This document shows positions 12,156 through 25,105 of a stretch of DNA of 64,000 bases, one piece after another; positions within the stretch are counted from its first letter, which is position 1, and each line of letters begins with the position of its first letter. This DNA is from Penicillus capitatus (lineage: Eukaryota; Plantae; Chlorophyta): the NCBI GenBank assembly GCA_965649825.1, contig OZ287695.1:1407081-1471080 (forward strand). Reading direction: 5' to 3'. Made by a program: the position numbers and the translations under genes. The notes beneath the pieces are model-generated. The model did no database searches, had not been told where the DNA came from, and saw only the letters and a program-made list of their open reading frames with translations.

Positions 12156-13070
12156 TCACTTATTCGCCTTCTTCATACTGAATCCAATCTTGGCAAGTTC
12201 AATGACTTCACGGGTCCTTGGGTTCTCCCGCGTGATCGTCGTAATTCGCCAGAAGAGCAACACACCAACAACAACGCCTATAACTAGGAACGTGAAGCAG
12301 AGGGACAACACTGCTGCGATAGTTGGTCCCTCCGAAGAGCTGCCATCATCAGATGCTTCTAGATCGTCTTCTTTATCCTCCATATCCCGCTCCTCATTCT
12401 GCAATCTCACGCTGGTCTCTTCTGGGATGGAAGATCTGTTCGTACCATCGTCAGGGTTCGGGAATGCGTAATAGGTGCTGTCTATTTCCTCACGTATCTC
12501 ATCCTCATAGTAAGCACTCGATGAGTCAGGCGTAGGGGCTTCGGCATCTGGCGCCGATGCAGGAGATGATACCTCGGAGAAGTCCGGCTCGAATGAGGGA
12601 GGCGCTTCATCGTCAGCAGGCTCCGAGGCAGGCGGTTGAGCAATTTGACAGTTAGGGCACTGGAAAACGATGTCAAACTCGCCATTGTCCAGAATCTCAT
12701 AGAATCCGTCCTCGCCAAAATCTCCCTCGCACATGGTCCAGGAGCCAAAAGTGTCGTCTTGGAGGACAGCACTGGCATCGGACTCCCTCAGTGTGCATTT
12801 GACGCAACCGTCAGCGAAGATTTTTGTCGCCAGGATATCACCAAGGCGATATTCATACAGCTGCTTCACACGGCGCACGTCGTTCAAGTTAACCTTCCCT
12901 TCTCCGTCGTCACAAGAAAGATAGACTTCGGGATGGTTGGTCCTGAATAGCCCGCTCGACTCGTGGCTTTGAAATATTGTGATATTCATCAGGTAGATGT
13001 CCAATGTCGGTTCAGCGTAGAGTGTGGCGAGAGTGCTCGCCAGAAGAACGGTACACAAGAGGAAACGCAT
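12156..13070 (-). CDS. Intronless type-I membrane protein (304 aa) with a six-Cys domain and acidic Pro/Ser stalk; paralog of 6441-7253
   Basis: Signal peptide MRFLLCTVLLASTLATLYA; SHE..NHPEVYLSC, CVKCTLRE, DDTFG, MCE, GEF..FQCPNC; TM IAAVLSLCFTFLVIGVVVGVLLFW. Confidence 0.88.
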   Translation of the reverse strand: MRFLLCTVLLASTLATLYAEPTLDIYLMNITIFQSHESSGLFRTNHPEVYLSCDDGEGKVNLNDVRRVKQLYEYRLGDILATKIFADGCVKCTLRESDASAVLQDDTFGSWTMCEGDFGEDGFYEILDNGEFDIVFQCPNCQIAQPPASEPADDEAPPSFEPDFSEVSSPASAPDAEAPTPDSSSAYYEDEIREEIDSTYYAFPNPDDGTNRSSIPEETSVRLQNEERDMEDKEDDLEASDDGSSSEGPTIAAVLSLCFTFLVIGVVVGVLLFWRITTITRENPRTREVIELAKIGFSMKKANK

Positions 13071-13292
13071 TATTCGACGGTGAGACGGGCACTGGCCGAC
13101 CAATAAATGGCTCCAGAAGAACCGCTGGCGGATAAAGCTGTGTGAAGTTCGAAGTGATGTCACAATTCTCCTGCGGTTTTCTGTTCGAGCTTCAAGGACG
13201 CTTATAAACGTCGCTGTCGCAAACATAGACAAACGTAAACGTCTTTTCAAGTCAGCACATTACAGACGACAGAGGTGGTCGTCCACAAGATT

Positions 13293-13843
13293 TCATTCCC
13301 ATAGTTTCTTGATGACTCCTGTGAGACCCGGACCGCTAACGGCGAGCTTTGTCAGACCCAGTAGACAGAGGCCACTTGCCCCGAACACACCCCATCTTGA
13401 CAACACTACAGATATAAGGGTATCATCGTCTGCGTATTCCTTTAATGTGGAGCCAGACTTCGAACAGCGGGTGGCACGTAGTCTGAGATGATGCAGTTCA
13501 TGGAGACATGAGAATGGTAAACCACGACGGGGGCAAGTGCGAGATCCACCACCTTCTGCATTGACCCACCCTACAAGCAACCGTCGGTTGGGCAAATCGA
13601 GAGATGCAGGAGAAGCAGACGCGGTCGGTAAAGTACGCCGCAGGGACCAGTACTAAAACACACGAGTGTTGGTCGCACTTTAGGGAGAACAGCGTATACG
13701 ACCTGCCATCAGTTTGCCACTGTTTTCGTAAAGCTTTCGCGCCGCAGGTCCGGCTTCGTCCGCTACGGAACACAGCCGTCGGACGACTATCAGTCCATAG
13801 AACGTCGATGCCTACCCACGAGCAATTTTCCTAACATCGACAT
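13293..13843 (-). CDS. SDH4: Succinate dehydrogenase membrane anchor subunit 4 (SdhD/CybS), nuclear-encoded, spliced
   Basis: Spliced product ...MAVLVPAAYFTD...VDLALAPVVVYHSHVSMNCIISDYVP...RWGVFGASGLCLLGL...GLTGVIKKLWE*, containing the HSH..I.DY motif. Confidence 0.8.
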
Positions 13844-13942
13844 CTCTCCGAGTATAGAACGGAAGAGGACAAAACGCAATACGCTGCGAAAACGGACGCG
13901 CAAAAGAGCGGAAGCGAATGATCGAACGTGTCGGAATCTTAC

Positions 13943-13958
13943 ATCGATCGATCGATCG
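13943..13958. repeat. (ATCG)4 microsatellite-like run
   Basis: atcgatcgatcgatcg in the LTD/SDH4 spacer. Confidence 0.9.
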
Positions 13959-13984
13959 TACGACATTTCGAAATCGGCATCTGC

Positions 13985-14449
13985 TTATGCATTGGATAAG
14001 AGTTCTCGTACACGATCGTTTCCTGCTAGATCGAGTGGCGTATTGCCCTTCATATCTTTTGCTTCGACAGATGCACCAGCATCGAGAAGCTCTTGGACTT
14101 TGGGATCGTCGCCTTCTGCGGATGCCCAGAGCAGAAGGATGTCGATGGGATGCAATCCAGAATCCAGATAGGCTTGCATGCGATCGTATGTCCCGTCTTC
14201 AGCAAGCATACCCATGTAGTTGAAGTACTGTTCGACGTCATCGTATCCATAGTCATCGCGCTTCTGACTGCCAACCATACCCGCACTCTCGGAGTCTGTT
14301 CTCAGAGATTTCTTGCCGAAGCCGAACATGGACTGAGGAGGCATGCGCGTTCGGCCTCGGCTGATCGGCCGAGGCGCGAGACGCAGCGCGCGATGTCCAT
14401 GAAGAAAGGCGCTGCGCGATGCGATGGCAGAAAAGCTCCTGAAGTACAT
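13985..14449 (-). CDS. LTD: LHCP translocation defect protein (ankyrin-type chloroplast protein), intronless
   Basis: Transit peptide followed by DDVEQYFNYMGMLAEDGTYDRM, HPIDILLLWASAEGDDPKVQELLDAGA and KDMKGNTPLDLA. Confidence 0.93.
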   Translation of the reverse strand: MYFRSFSAIASRSAFLHGHRALRLAPRPISRGRTRMPPQSMFGFGKKSLRTDSESAGMVGSQKRDDYGYDDVEQYFNYMGMLAEDGTYDRMQAYLDSGLHPIDILLLWASAEGDDPKVQELLDAGASVEAKDMKGNTPLDLAGNDRVRELLSNA

Positions 14450-14749
14450 GACGCAACCAATACCCTCATTAGATTTGGAACGGAGTTTGATCAATGCGAT
14501 CCCTGCCTCTATCTGTCTGATTTGATCTGCCATCTTCGCTGGTGTCTGCCAGTGTCGCTCATAGTTTTGACGATGAAGCTCTTAGGGGAATGGAGGAGGA
14601 AAGAGGATGGGGGATATGTGTTCAGAAATGACGTTCCCTGAATCGAGTTGACGTAGACACAGATCTTCTCTACTACTGTGCTGTCCTCTGATGCATCACT
14701 TTGTGATTGACCTGTTCAGAGTTAGCAGATAGATCCACTGACCCAAGGA

Positions 14750-15285
14750 CTACTGATGTGACATGTGCTCAAGCGTCTTACTTAAGCTGTCAACATTGTC
14801 TGCAAAAATGATCGACGCCGAACATTCCGAAGTCGCGTCTTGTAAAGATTCCTGCCTAAATCTCGATTCTGGACCAATATCGATTGCAGTAAGAATGTAC
14901 GTGCCCTACCGAGAAATCTGTCAGACCGGCCAAATTTCAGATGCAGTTGGGATAACATCACGAAGACAATCTCGATCTTGCGCAAGATCGATCGAACGAA
15001 CGAGCACCCTGTGTTGCATTTGTTGCCACGATCATCGAAAGCGTGAGTGAGTGACACACTATCGGAATACAGATCCTTCGAAACCCGGTGAATGCAAGTT
15101 TTTTTCCGGAACTCTTCTAAGTTCGATGGCCAATGATCAGGAGAGTGCAGCCACGTGCGGCTGATGGTCGGATGTTCGTTACGTAAAGGATCCTCTCGGG
15201 CACGTCGTGAAGTGCATGACGTTGACAAACACAACGGACAATGCGTCCCTTCCCCTACCAAAACCTTGAACAGCATATGAGCCAT
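14750..15285 (-). CDS. Small spliced hypothetical protein (~130 aa)
   Basis: 51-nt and 56-nt GT-AG introns join ...EFRKKTCIHRVSKDLYSD-RCSFVRSILRKIEIVF-GTYILTAIDIGPESRFRQESLQDATSECSASIIFADNVDSLSKTLEHMSHQ*. 5' exon structure uncertain. Confidence 0.4.
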
Positions 15286-15367
15286 TTATGTACAACAAGA
15301 ACAAGACAACGATTACAATGTGTTGTTATGTGTAATGCGTCCATCCATCCATCAGGTCGACCCTTGA

Positions 15368-16609
<1,242 letters not shown>

Positions 16610-16753
16610 GGCTCAATAGATGCTCAGCATTCAGATCATTTAAGCTTCCTGGACACCCGGTCATCAGATTGAGACGACACGTCGCAAACGTGTTGCCAAC
16701 AAACGACCTCTAAAATTCGCACTGTCGTGTTTGACCTTTACTGCGACGTTCAA

Positions 16754-17850
16754 ATGGGAACTGGCACCTCCAAGACAGAGCGGGCAGAGTGTCGCAAGGG
16801 AGACGACACTCTGCGTTTTGGCTGTGGAGAGGACGTAGGGCGAAAGACGTCTATGGAAGATGCCTCATGGGCACAAGTATTGGCTGTCACAGCCGGAAAA
16901 GGCGACGCGACGGGGCGTCTGCCGAGTATTCGTGGTTTCTTTGTGGTTCCATCTCTCGTCATCCGAGTTCGTCTTGCACGTCAACGCACTCTTTTCTAGG
17001 TGTGCGATGGACACGGAGGCGCCGATGCGGCCCATTTTACGAGTCAGAATCTCCTCAAGTACTTCCTCTTAGAGAAAGACCTCGACAGCGATGCACAAAG
17101 AGCGATGGTACGTGATGTCGATGTCGAAGGCGAACGTAAAATTGTTGACGGTGGTGTCGGTGCGTGTCGCAGTACCAGAGTTTTATACGCGTCGATGCTG
17201 AATTCTGTCGTCAAGTCTGTTTGAGACGACAAAGCGAATCTGGAACAACAGCATTGGCCCTGGCAGTATTCGGCCATCGAATGATCCTTGGTAACGCAGG
17301 GGATTGCCGAGCGATACTCTCGCGCAACGGCGTGGCGAAGGAGCTCACACACGATCACCGTCCAAACGCGACAACGGAGAAGAAACGCATTGAAGAGGCC
17401 GGAGGCTTCGTGGATTGCGATGGATACATGTGTGGCGATTTGGGCGTGTCTCGTGCCATTGGCGATCATCACTATCGACATTTAAAACGTGAAGACGGTG
17501 AAGGGCCATTGATCGCGGCGCCGGAGGTCACGGAGCATCGTATCGAGAACGATGACGAATTTGTAGTCGTGGTGACGGATGGCGTGACCGATGCCTTGAC
17601 GAGTCAAACAATGATCGATTTGGTCCGAGACTCTCTTCGAAAACACAACTGCCCAGAGACAGCTTCCAAGGCATTGGTGGCGGCCGCCTTCAAGACGGGG
17701 ATCAGAGACAACTTGACAGCAATGACCGTCTGCTTCAAGCCGAATGCTCCTTCCAAGAAAAAAATCCCAAACTCCAAGAGTCGACTACGCATCGATCCAA
17801 ACTCACAAAGCTTTGCTGATCTGGTATCAGCAATAGGAACAGATTCATAG
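16754..17850 (+). CDS. Protein phosphatase 2C with a possible N-myristoylation signal (MGTGTS), spliced
   Basis: GRKTSMED, VCDGHGG, SGTTAL, NAGDCRAIL, LTHDHRP, LGVSRAIGD, VTDGVTD, DNLTAMTV. Confidence 0.93.
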
Positions 17851-18256
17851 CGTTTTAATGATGAACATGAACATTCCGTGTTCTCCTACTTTAAACGACA
17901 CACCTATGAGGGTGATGGTAGTCTTTGTTTCTATTTGATGTCTCTAGAGCACTGAAGAGGCGGATCTGTGTTCAATTTCCAAATGAAAGAGTGATCCCAT
18001 TTTATTCGTGCATCCGTCAGTCAGCCCGTGTTATTTTATCTTCTTCCTCTTTCATTTCAACCTCTTTCTTCAACACTTGCTTCGAAATGCATCTTTCCAT
18101 GAAGTAGTGGTCAATGTTTTTCGTTCAGAGAAGAAAACCCAAGTGCTCTTTATCGCATCAAGTTTGAGTGGGAAACGACATCTGTGATGAGAGATGGATG
18201 GATGGATCGCTCTGTTGTGTCTTTCAAAGTGCATCTTTGCTGTAGCTTGATACGAC

Positions 18257-18272
18257 TGTAAGAAATATTACA
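18257..18272. promoter_or_regulatory. Convergent pair of TGTAA poly(A)-like signals (+ 18257-18261 for PP2C; - 18268-18272 for CCDC124)
   Basis: TGTAA is the established chlorophyte near-upstream element. It also occurs 24-55 nt after other stops (13260, 13939, 15313, 51115 on -; 30041 on +). Confidence 0.55.
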
Positions 18273-18310
18273 TATGATGACAGTCTCTGATCAAACGGTA
18301 CCACGTGGCG

Positions 18311-19117
18311 TCAATCATCCGCTATCCGGTTCATTGGATTCTCTGGACTCTTCAGCCATCGCTTAAAAATGATATCCTTGTACTGAGACAGACGCAGACC
18401 GGGCTTCTCCTCTTGTAGTTCGGCCAGTTGTTCCTCGTAGAACTTCTTGAACGCTGCCTTCCTTCTCCTAAACGTCACATCACGGAATTCGCGTATGTAT
18501 GTGTCAAAAGTGTGATCGACTTTTCTGGATGGGCGTCTTCTGCGAGTGGCTGCTCGGCCGGGGTCAATTTCTGCAGGGCGTGGATGGCATCCGTCACATT
18601 CCGCGCGTCGATATCCGTCTCGGCGCGATTGACGTTCTCCACAACTACGAGACGGGCATAGGACTCTTCATCCACCTCCTTCCTCTCTATCTTCTTGCGT
18701 TGCGCAATCTCCTCTTCCATTTCGGCAGCTCTCTGCTCTTTCCCCAACAACAAAGCGTGTTGCGTCACCTAAATCGCCCCATAAAACTTCAGGTGACGTC
18801 ATACGATCGCCTTCTCGCGCCTTAGGTGCAATGACACGTCCTCCCTTCGGTTTCTTTGATTTGGCGAGATCTTCGTCTTCTGCTTTGGCGAGTTCCTTGA
18901 TTTCTTGCTTCTTTGCCAAAGCCGCTTGTTTTTGCTTCTCCTGTTCCTTACGTCTAGCCTGGGCCTTTGTCAAGGTACCCTCGCCAGCTTCTCTCCAGTA
19001 CTGGTCTTCTTGTTCTTTGCTCTGCCGCTCCTTCTCTTCATTTCTATTGGCTGCTCTGCGATCCCGTGCTGCCGTTTTCTTATCATGTTCGCCAAAATCC
19101 TTCTTCTTCTTCACCAT
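18311..19117 (-). CDS. CCDC124: Coiled-coil domain protein CCDC124/Oxs1 (Lso2-like ribosome-associated), spliced
   Basis: KKTAARDRRA, EDQYW, ENVNR, HPEKRRKAAFKKF, EEKPGLRLSQYKDIIFKRWLKSPENPMN. Confidence 0.9.
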
Positions 19118-19226
19118 GTCGTCGGACAACTGGCAGAAGTCGTTTTCGTACAAACACACGCACGACGAGACGAGACGACGGGACACGTCCTGATCCAGCG
19201 GTGTTGATTGTGCATCTGCTTATCAA

Positions 19227-20858
19227 ATGACTTTCGTGGGCTCTGCGAAATGGACACAACGTCGAGATGGAGCGACGAAGGGCATCTATTTGGGACGCAA
19301 TCAACGAACGATGCGAACTTCGACGTCGACGACGCGACGCAGAGGCGTTTGCGTTCAATGCTGTTTTGAACACAGCGGTGTTCGGCCTGGCGTCGCGCGA
19401 TTGAAGGTGATCGGCGTTGGAGGCGGAGGCGGTAACGCCGTCAATCGAATGATCTCGAGCGGACTGCAGGTGTGAATGTCGACGGATCTCAATCACGACA
19501 GCCCTGCCATTCAGAATGTCGACTTCTGGGTCGTCAACACAGATTCGCAAGCGATTAAACATTCCCTGGCGGCGCAAAAACTCCAAATTGGGGCAGAGCT
19601 GACCAGGGGACTGGGTAGAACATCGACATCCTGTGTTGCTTCAATGATGGGCGCTTGTGTCAGGAACGGGTGGAAATCCGCTTATCGGTGAAGAGGCGGG
19701 ACAGGAGTCGCACGAAGAACTGAAAGACATTCTCGCAGATGCGGATATGGTGCGCATACATGTCTGGCTTCATCCGTATTGGAGCGTGTCGTATACATAG
19801 GTGTTCATAACGGCAGGTATGGGTGGCGGAACGGGTACGGGCGCTGCACCTGTTCTGGCACGGCTCTCTAAAGATATGGGAATCTTGACGGTGGGCGTCG
19901 TCACTCTGCCGTTCTCCTTTGAAGGAAAGAAACGCGCGGTGCAAGCGCATGATGGTGTGGAGACGCTGAGAAAGAACGTCGATACTCTGATCGTCATTCC
20001 GAACGATCGGTCTGTCTTTTCATCACACACCACACAACCTGCAATTGACTGGGTAGGTTGTTCACTGTCGCCAAAGAAGGCACTGCACTGCAAGATGCTT
20101 TTCTCATGGCAGACGATGTCTTACGTCAAGTACATCGAAGCATTCTTGCTGTCGCATAGAGTGACTGTACTGGCACAGGGCGTGCAAGGGATCTCGGATA
20201 TCATCACCATTCCGGGATTAGTGAATGTGGATTTTGCAGACGTCTATTCTGTTATGAATAATTCTGGATCGGCGATGCTGGGCGTGGGTGCATCGACTGG
20301 CAAGAACAGAGCCAGAGAGGCAGCTATCGTATGACGATCATGTGTGACCATCCCATCCTCACTCTTTTCTCTTCTAGGCTGCCACCACAGCACCTCTCAT
20401 CGAGAGTTCCATCGAACAAGCGACCGGCATTGTTTATAACATCACGGGTGGAAGAGTGAGGACCTGAATGAGGTGACGGTTATCTCTGGAATTGCTGATT
20501 TTAGGATATGACACTCAATGAGGTGAATGAAGTTTCGCTGGTCGTGAAGGAATTGGCAGATCCATCAGCGATTGTGATCTTCGGCGCTGTCGTTGACGAA
20601 TTGTTGGACGGCGAGATCAACGTGACGATCATCGCTACCGGATTCCTTCAAAGCTACGACGATTCCATCGGTCGCGAAAAGGTGAGCCGTTTTCGCGATC
20701 GCTCTTCGAAAGACGTCATGCGAGCGGTCTAACCTGCCTGCCAGGACGCATATGATTCCGTCCTGCGGGAACCAAAGCAGACGCAAAAACGTCCAACACT
20801 TCCTCAACTGACCCCTACTCGAAAACAAACGCCGTACATGGGGCGAAGTCTTTTGTGA
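19227..20858 (+). CDS. FTSZ1: Plastid division protein FtsZ, FtsZ1 type, spliced
   Basis: Transit peptide; [52 protein letters not shown]-terminus ...YMGRSLL* lacks the FtsZ2-type core motif. Confidence 0.95.
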
Positions 20859-20997
20859 GAATGTTTTTGTGTGGTCGGTTATGGATGTTGATACAATGAG
20901 TGATTGGTCTGACACGACAGTGGCAGGAAAATACGCTTTTAGTCCCAGAATTTCGATTTTGAACGAAAACTGAGTCGATCGAGAATGTGCGACGGTA

Positions 20998-22857
20998 TCA
21001 AGGATTGGAAAAGTAGGACAGAACGTCACTGAGGGCGTGAATGCGTCGATCGAAGAGGTCAGCAACGGTGACCGGCAGTTCTGGAATCTTGATACCGAGA
21101 GATCGCGCCAGATCGAACTGCCGATGGAACGCACGCTTGTATACGTTCCACATCGTGATCGCTATCCAAAACAAAATCATAAACAATGAGAATGGGGGCA
21201 ACATGGATCACCTGCTGTCGAGCCGCCGTTCGCCAACGTATTGGCGGCATTGACGTATGATTCTGAATCGGTGATGTTATCTCGCACGAGGCGTTCGATT
21301 GATCCAAAGACGACATTCGAGAGATCAAGGTAGTTATGGACGGCCGTCTGTGCTGAGTTCGCCGTCAGATTTGACTGTGCCGTTCAAAAAAGCTGCATGT
21401 ATGTACTTAAGATATATGCTGTCCTACCAAGTCGTTCAGGTACATTTCGACGCCCGGAATATCGATGTCTGGCAACTGATGGACTTTGGCAAAATGTATG
21501 ATGTGCTGATTTCTCTCCTGTAGCCTGTCGTTAAGAAATCGCTCCAATCTGCCAAACACAACAATGTATGCGTTGCATATCAAAGGAGCGCTGCGTCGTT
21601 CTTACGCTGTCGCCTCATCGTCGAGGTGTTTGCTCAGATCGTTTCTCCATTTCTGAACTCGATCGATCCGCGAAACGATCGACGAGGTGCTGAGTCGATC
21701 GAGCCATCGTCGCAAGGCGCTCTTGATTTCGTCGCTGCTAGGCCGATCATCGTTATTCGCTCTGCTAATCTGATCGTCCAACCGTCGAATGTCATCAGCG
21801 ACGGGACGGTTTGCGATCTCATCGGAGTCATCGTCGTTTTCCGCCAAGCCTCGAGAGTCGAAGACGTTTGTCGGTAGACTGATGAGATCAGAGACGGTGC
21901 TGAAAATCGTCTCCAAGTCTCCGAGAACAGGAGACACAATTGCGTCAATGCCCAACGCCTATGCACCATCTCGTGCTGTGCCGCGTCGACACGTTGGCTT
22001 ACGAGGGGTCCAAAAAGCTTCTTGTAACTGAGAACGCGTTCTTCGATATGCCTCAGCATAGTAAGGCGCGCATTGACTCCTGCGTCCATATACAAGTGAT
22101 AGATCAGTGCCCGGAACAGGAGATTCTTCAAGGCTGCCGTCTTCGGGTCGCTTTCTACAAACCATGAGCGCGATGTCACCTTTAAGAGTGATACGTGTGA
22201 TCACCTGCCAGAGCTTCGACGCTGTCGATGGCCCCTCGGGAGATACCTTCCTTCGTTTTATTGGCGGAATCGAGGAGATCGCCCGCCGTCGTTTTGAGAC
22301 CCAGTGCACTCGCGAGAGCATCGAGTTTTAACTGAAGTTTGGAAGAGACGATATCGCCACCGGCTGTGAGAGCCGTTTCTGTTCTGGTTTGAAAACGGCC
22401 TTTCTTGTTTTTGGCGACCGCAAGGGGATCGAATCTAAATGGATCGGCTTCGAGTAGGGATACGAACAGGTGATCGAGTTTGCCCTTGACTAAGGCAGTC
22501 AGCAATCCATTGCCAACCAGAGCTAGCCTTTCGCCACCGATATAATGCCCTTTCGAAATCGGAGTGCCCAGCAGTAGACCAGCCGACGCATACTTGCCAC
22601 CCAGCTTGTCCGCGCCGACAAAGTAACCTGCGACGATCAGATTGGCCGAACGAAGGCAGAAAGGAATGAACGACTTGCGAAATTGCGGTTCCGCTCTGGA
22701 GACAAACCGCCGTTCGGCAACTACAGACAAGAGAGTTCGCTCATAACAGGAGTGCATAAGCTGAAACAAAGACACATACTTGTGAGACGTCGTCGGCGTC
22801 CACAGAGAAGACACCGAGAGATAGAAGCATGGTTAACAGGTAGCCCAATGACCACAT
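20998..22857 (-). CDS. Secreted or luminal protein of unknown family (~500 aa), spliced
   Basis: Signal peptide MWSLGYLLTMLLSLGVFSVDA; ~50-nt introns join long helical-looking exons; ends ...HALSDVLSYFSNP*. Confidence 0.65.
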
Positions 22858-23174
22858 CCTTTGGCGATCCATCTCAAATGTGTGAGAAATGACAGACCAA
22901 CGGACAAAGGCAATGACACGTAGAGGAGACAGAAAACACGACCAGCGCTTCGCAATTCCTCGACCGAGATCTCACAAACATTGTCGAGACAGGTGGCGTC
23001 CAAGAAACGCCGGTTCGCATACGCACGCATCAGATACGCATTGCTTGCTTTTGCTGATCATACAAGACGCCCGCAACTTTACATAGCAAGAAATCCCGCC
23101 CGTAATCGAAATCTGTACAGGCAGCGTCGTATTGGTAAGCCACAGCCGATATATAGTACAATTTTGTGCCTCTC

Positions 23175-24021
23175 TCATGCGAGGCGATGCACATCTTCTT
23201 GTTTCTTCTTTTCACGACGAAGTGCTTTCTTTCCTTTCGTGTTCGTCTTTTTTCCATCAGACTTCTTCGTCGCCGCCACCACATGCGCATCAACATTTGC
23301 TGATTTCAGTTCCCCGACTGGCTGAGTGGATTGTGCAAAGACGCGACCCGAACGAATGTATCCATTCTTTCCGAACTTGCGATTCGCAAGAACGATTCTG
23401 GCCGAGCCTGAAACACAAGGTCCGACAGCGACAGCAGCTTCGCACGCACATACCTGCAGCGTTAGAAAAATAGTAGTCTTCCGTGTCGTCGATCTCGTTT
23501 GAATAGTAATCATCTTCATCGTCGTCCTCCCACGGTTCTTCATCCGAAGCGTCGTTGTACAAAGGAACGATCTTTTTCGCACCCTGAGCACGTGTCCGTC
23601 ACATCAATGGCAGATCGTGAGGATGGGATGGATGGACGTACTCGAGTGCGACGCAAATACCATTTTGTTCTTTTTAGGAGACAAATGCTTTCCTCTGCTT
23701 TCGAATCACGAATACTTCCATCGAGATGACGCCACGTCAGCAATGTTTCGAAGCGCCTCATGCAGATAGGACACAGAGCATGATCCTTCTCTTCAGCCCA
23801 GCGTACGATGCAGTACACTAAACAGCACAGAATGGCTTCGCGAGATCGATGAACAGCTCCTTGACCAACCGCAGTAGCTATGGTGGCAGCCAGGGACAAC
23901 GGCAGCGTCTTTCAACGGGACAGTTTTCAAACAGATAGGACATGCGTCGTCGGAATCGGCGATGTCCTAAAGACGACGTCGAGTGTCGTATGCGACGGAA
24001 ACGTGTTGAGGTGTCCACCAT
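23175..24021 (-). CDS. C3HC4 RING-finger protein with acidic middle and basic tail, spliced
   Basis: CPICLKTVPLKDAAVVPGCHHSYCVYCIVRW...CPIC; RHLDGSI...EESICLL; NRKFGKNGYIRSGR. First exon appears to be Met only. Confidence 0.85.
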
Positions 24022-24286
24022 GGAATTTCGTCGTTTCGTCGTTCTGCCAACTGTTTGGTGTCTTTGTCTGTTTCTGCCGGCGTCCTGAACGGACACACCA
24101 CATTTCTCCCCTCCATTCATCGTGCAGCGTAGTCTTCCGTTTGGTGTGGCAGGACCGACGTGGCACAACGGCCGCAAAGATGCGGAGTCAATGAAGCATC
24201 GCCATCGCGATGTGCATTTATACCATCATTCGCTGCGCCGTCAACCAACACGGACTGCACTCTGTTGATTACTGCCGCATCGACTT

Positions 24287-24999
24287 ATGGTCTGCCAGTG
24301 GCTGCTTCGGATCGCCGCAGGAGATGTGTGAGATGTGTATAGGGAAAGGTTCGAACGAAGACGATCAAACGCGCCGCGCGTGTTTTGGTCGAGAAGTACT
24401 ATCAAAGACTGACAGTCGATGTCAGCACAAACAAACGTTTGGTCGATGAAGTGGCGGAGATCCAGACGAAAAAACTGCGAAACAAAATCGCTGGATTCAC
24501 CACAGTGCCTTTCATTTATGTTATTACCTTCAGTATAATCCTGCGGGTGTAGCATCTGATGAAGCGCATTCAAAAAGGACCAGTCAGAGGCATCTCGCTA
24601 AAACTACAGGTGTCTATCGATATCTGCTATTTGAGCGATGACGATAGGTTGTTCGCTCACTTTGTAGGAAGAGGAACGCGAACGCAGAATGGATTTCATT
24701 CCTGAGCGTTCTGCCGTGGATGTCACGCGAATCGAAGTCTGTTCGATCTGAATCGACGCTCGATCCACATTGCCTTTATGTATTGAAGGTGGATAAGGTG
24801 ACACTGGAGATGCTGAATTCGATCGGGATGGGAAATCTGCCGGGCGTCGTGGAACAGGTGTGTGCCCGTGATAGCACGCTTCCCACAAAGTTGCGTCCTT
24901 CTGCTGCAGGAGGGGGTGATGCACGGGGGTGGCGATCGTGGCGGCCGAGGCGGTGATCGCGGAGGACGGGGTGGTGGTGGAGGAGGATATAGAGACTGA
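24287..24999 (+). CDS. RPS17: 40S ribosomal protein eS17 with five introns and a C-terminal RGG tail
   Basis: [21 protein letters not shown]...[41 protein letters not shown]. Introns 24290-24342, 24505-24552, 24610-24667, 24737-24788, 24858-24909. Confidence 0.96.
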
Positions 25000-25105
25000 G
25001 CTGGATGCTTTGGATATTTTCTTGACTTTGGCTCTTGCAAGAGATATCGTTTGCAATCATGGCACCGACGGTAGAGGCGGTCATGGACGACACACCATGC
25101 GCGCT

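Noticed and set aside
21150-21204. Apparent C-terminal TM helix (PPFSLFMILFWIA) in ORF 20998-21204
   Set aside because: It is the translation of a T-rich intron; the spliced product has no TM there.
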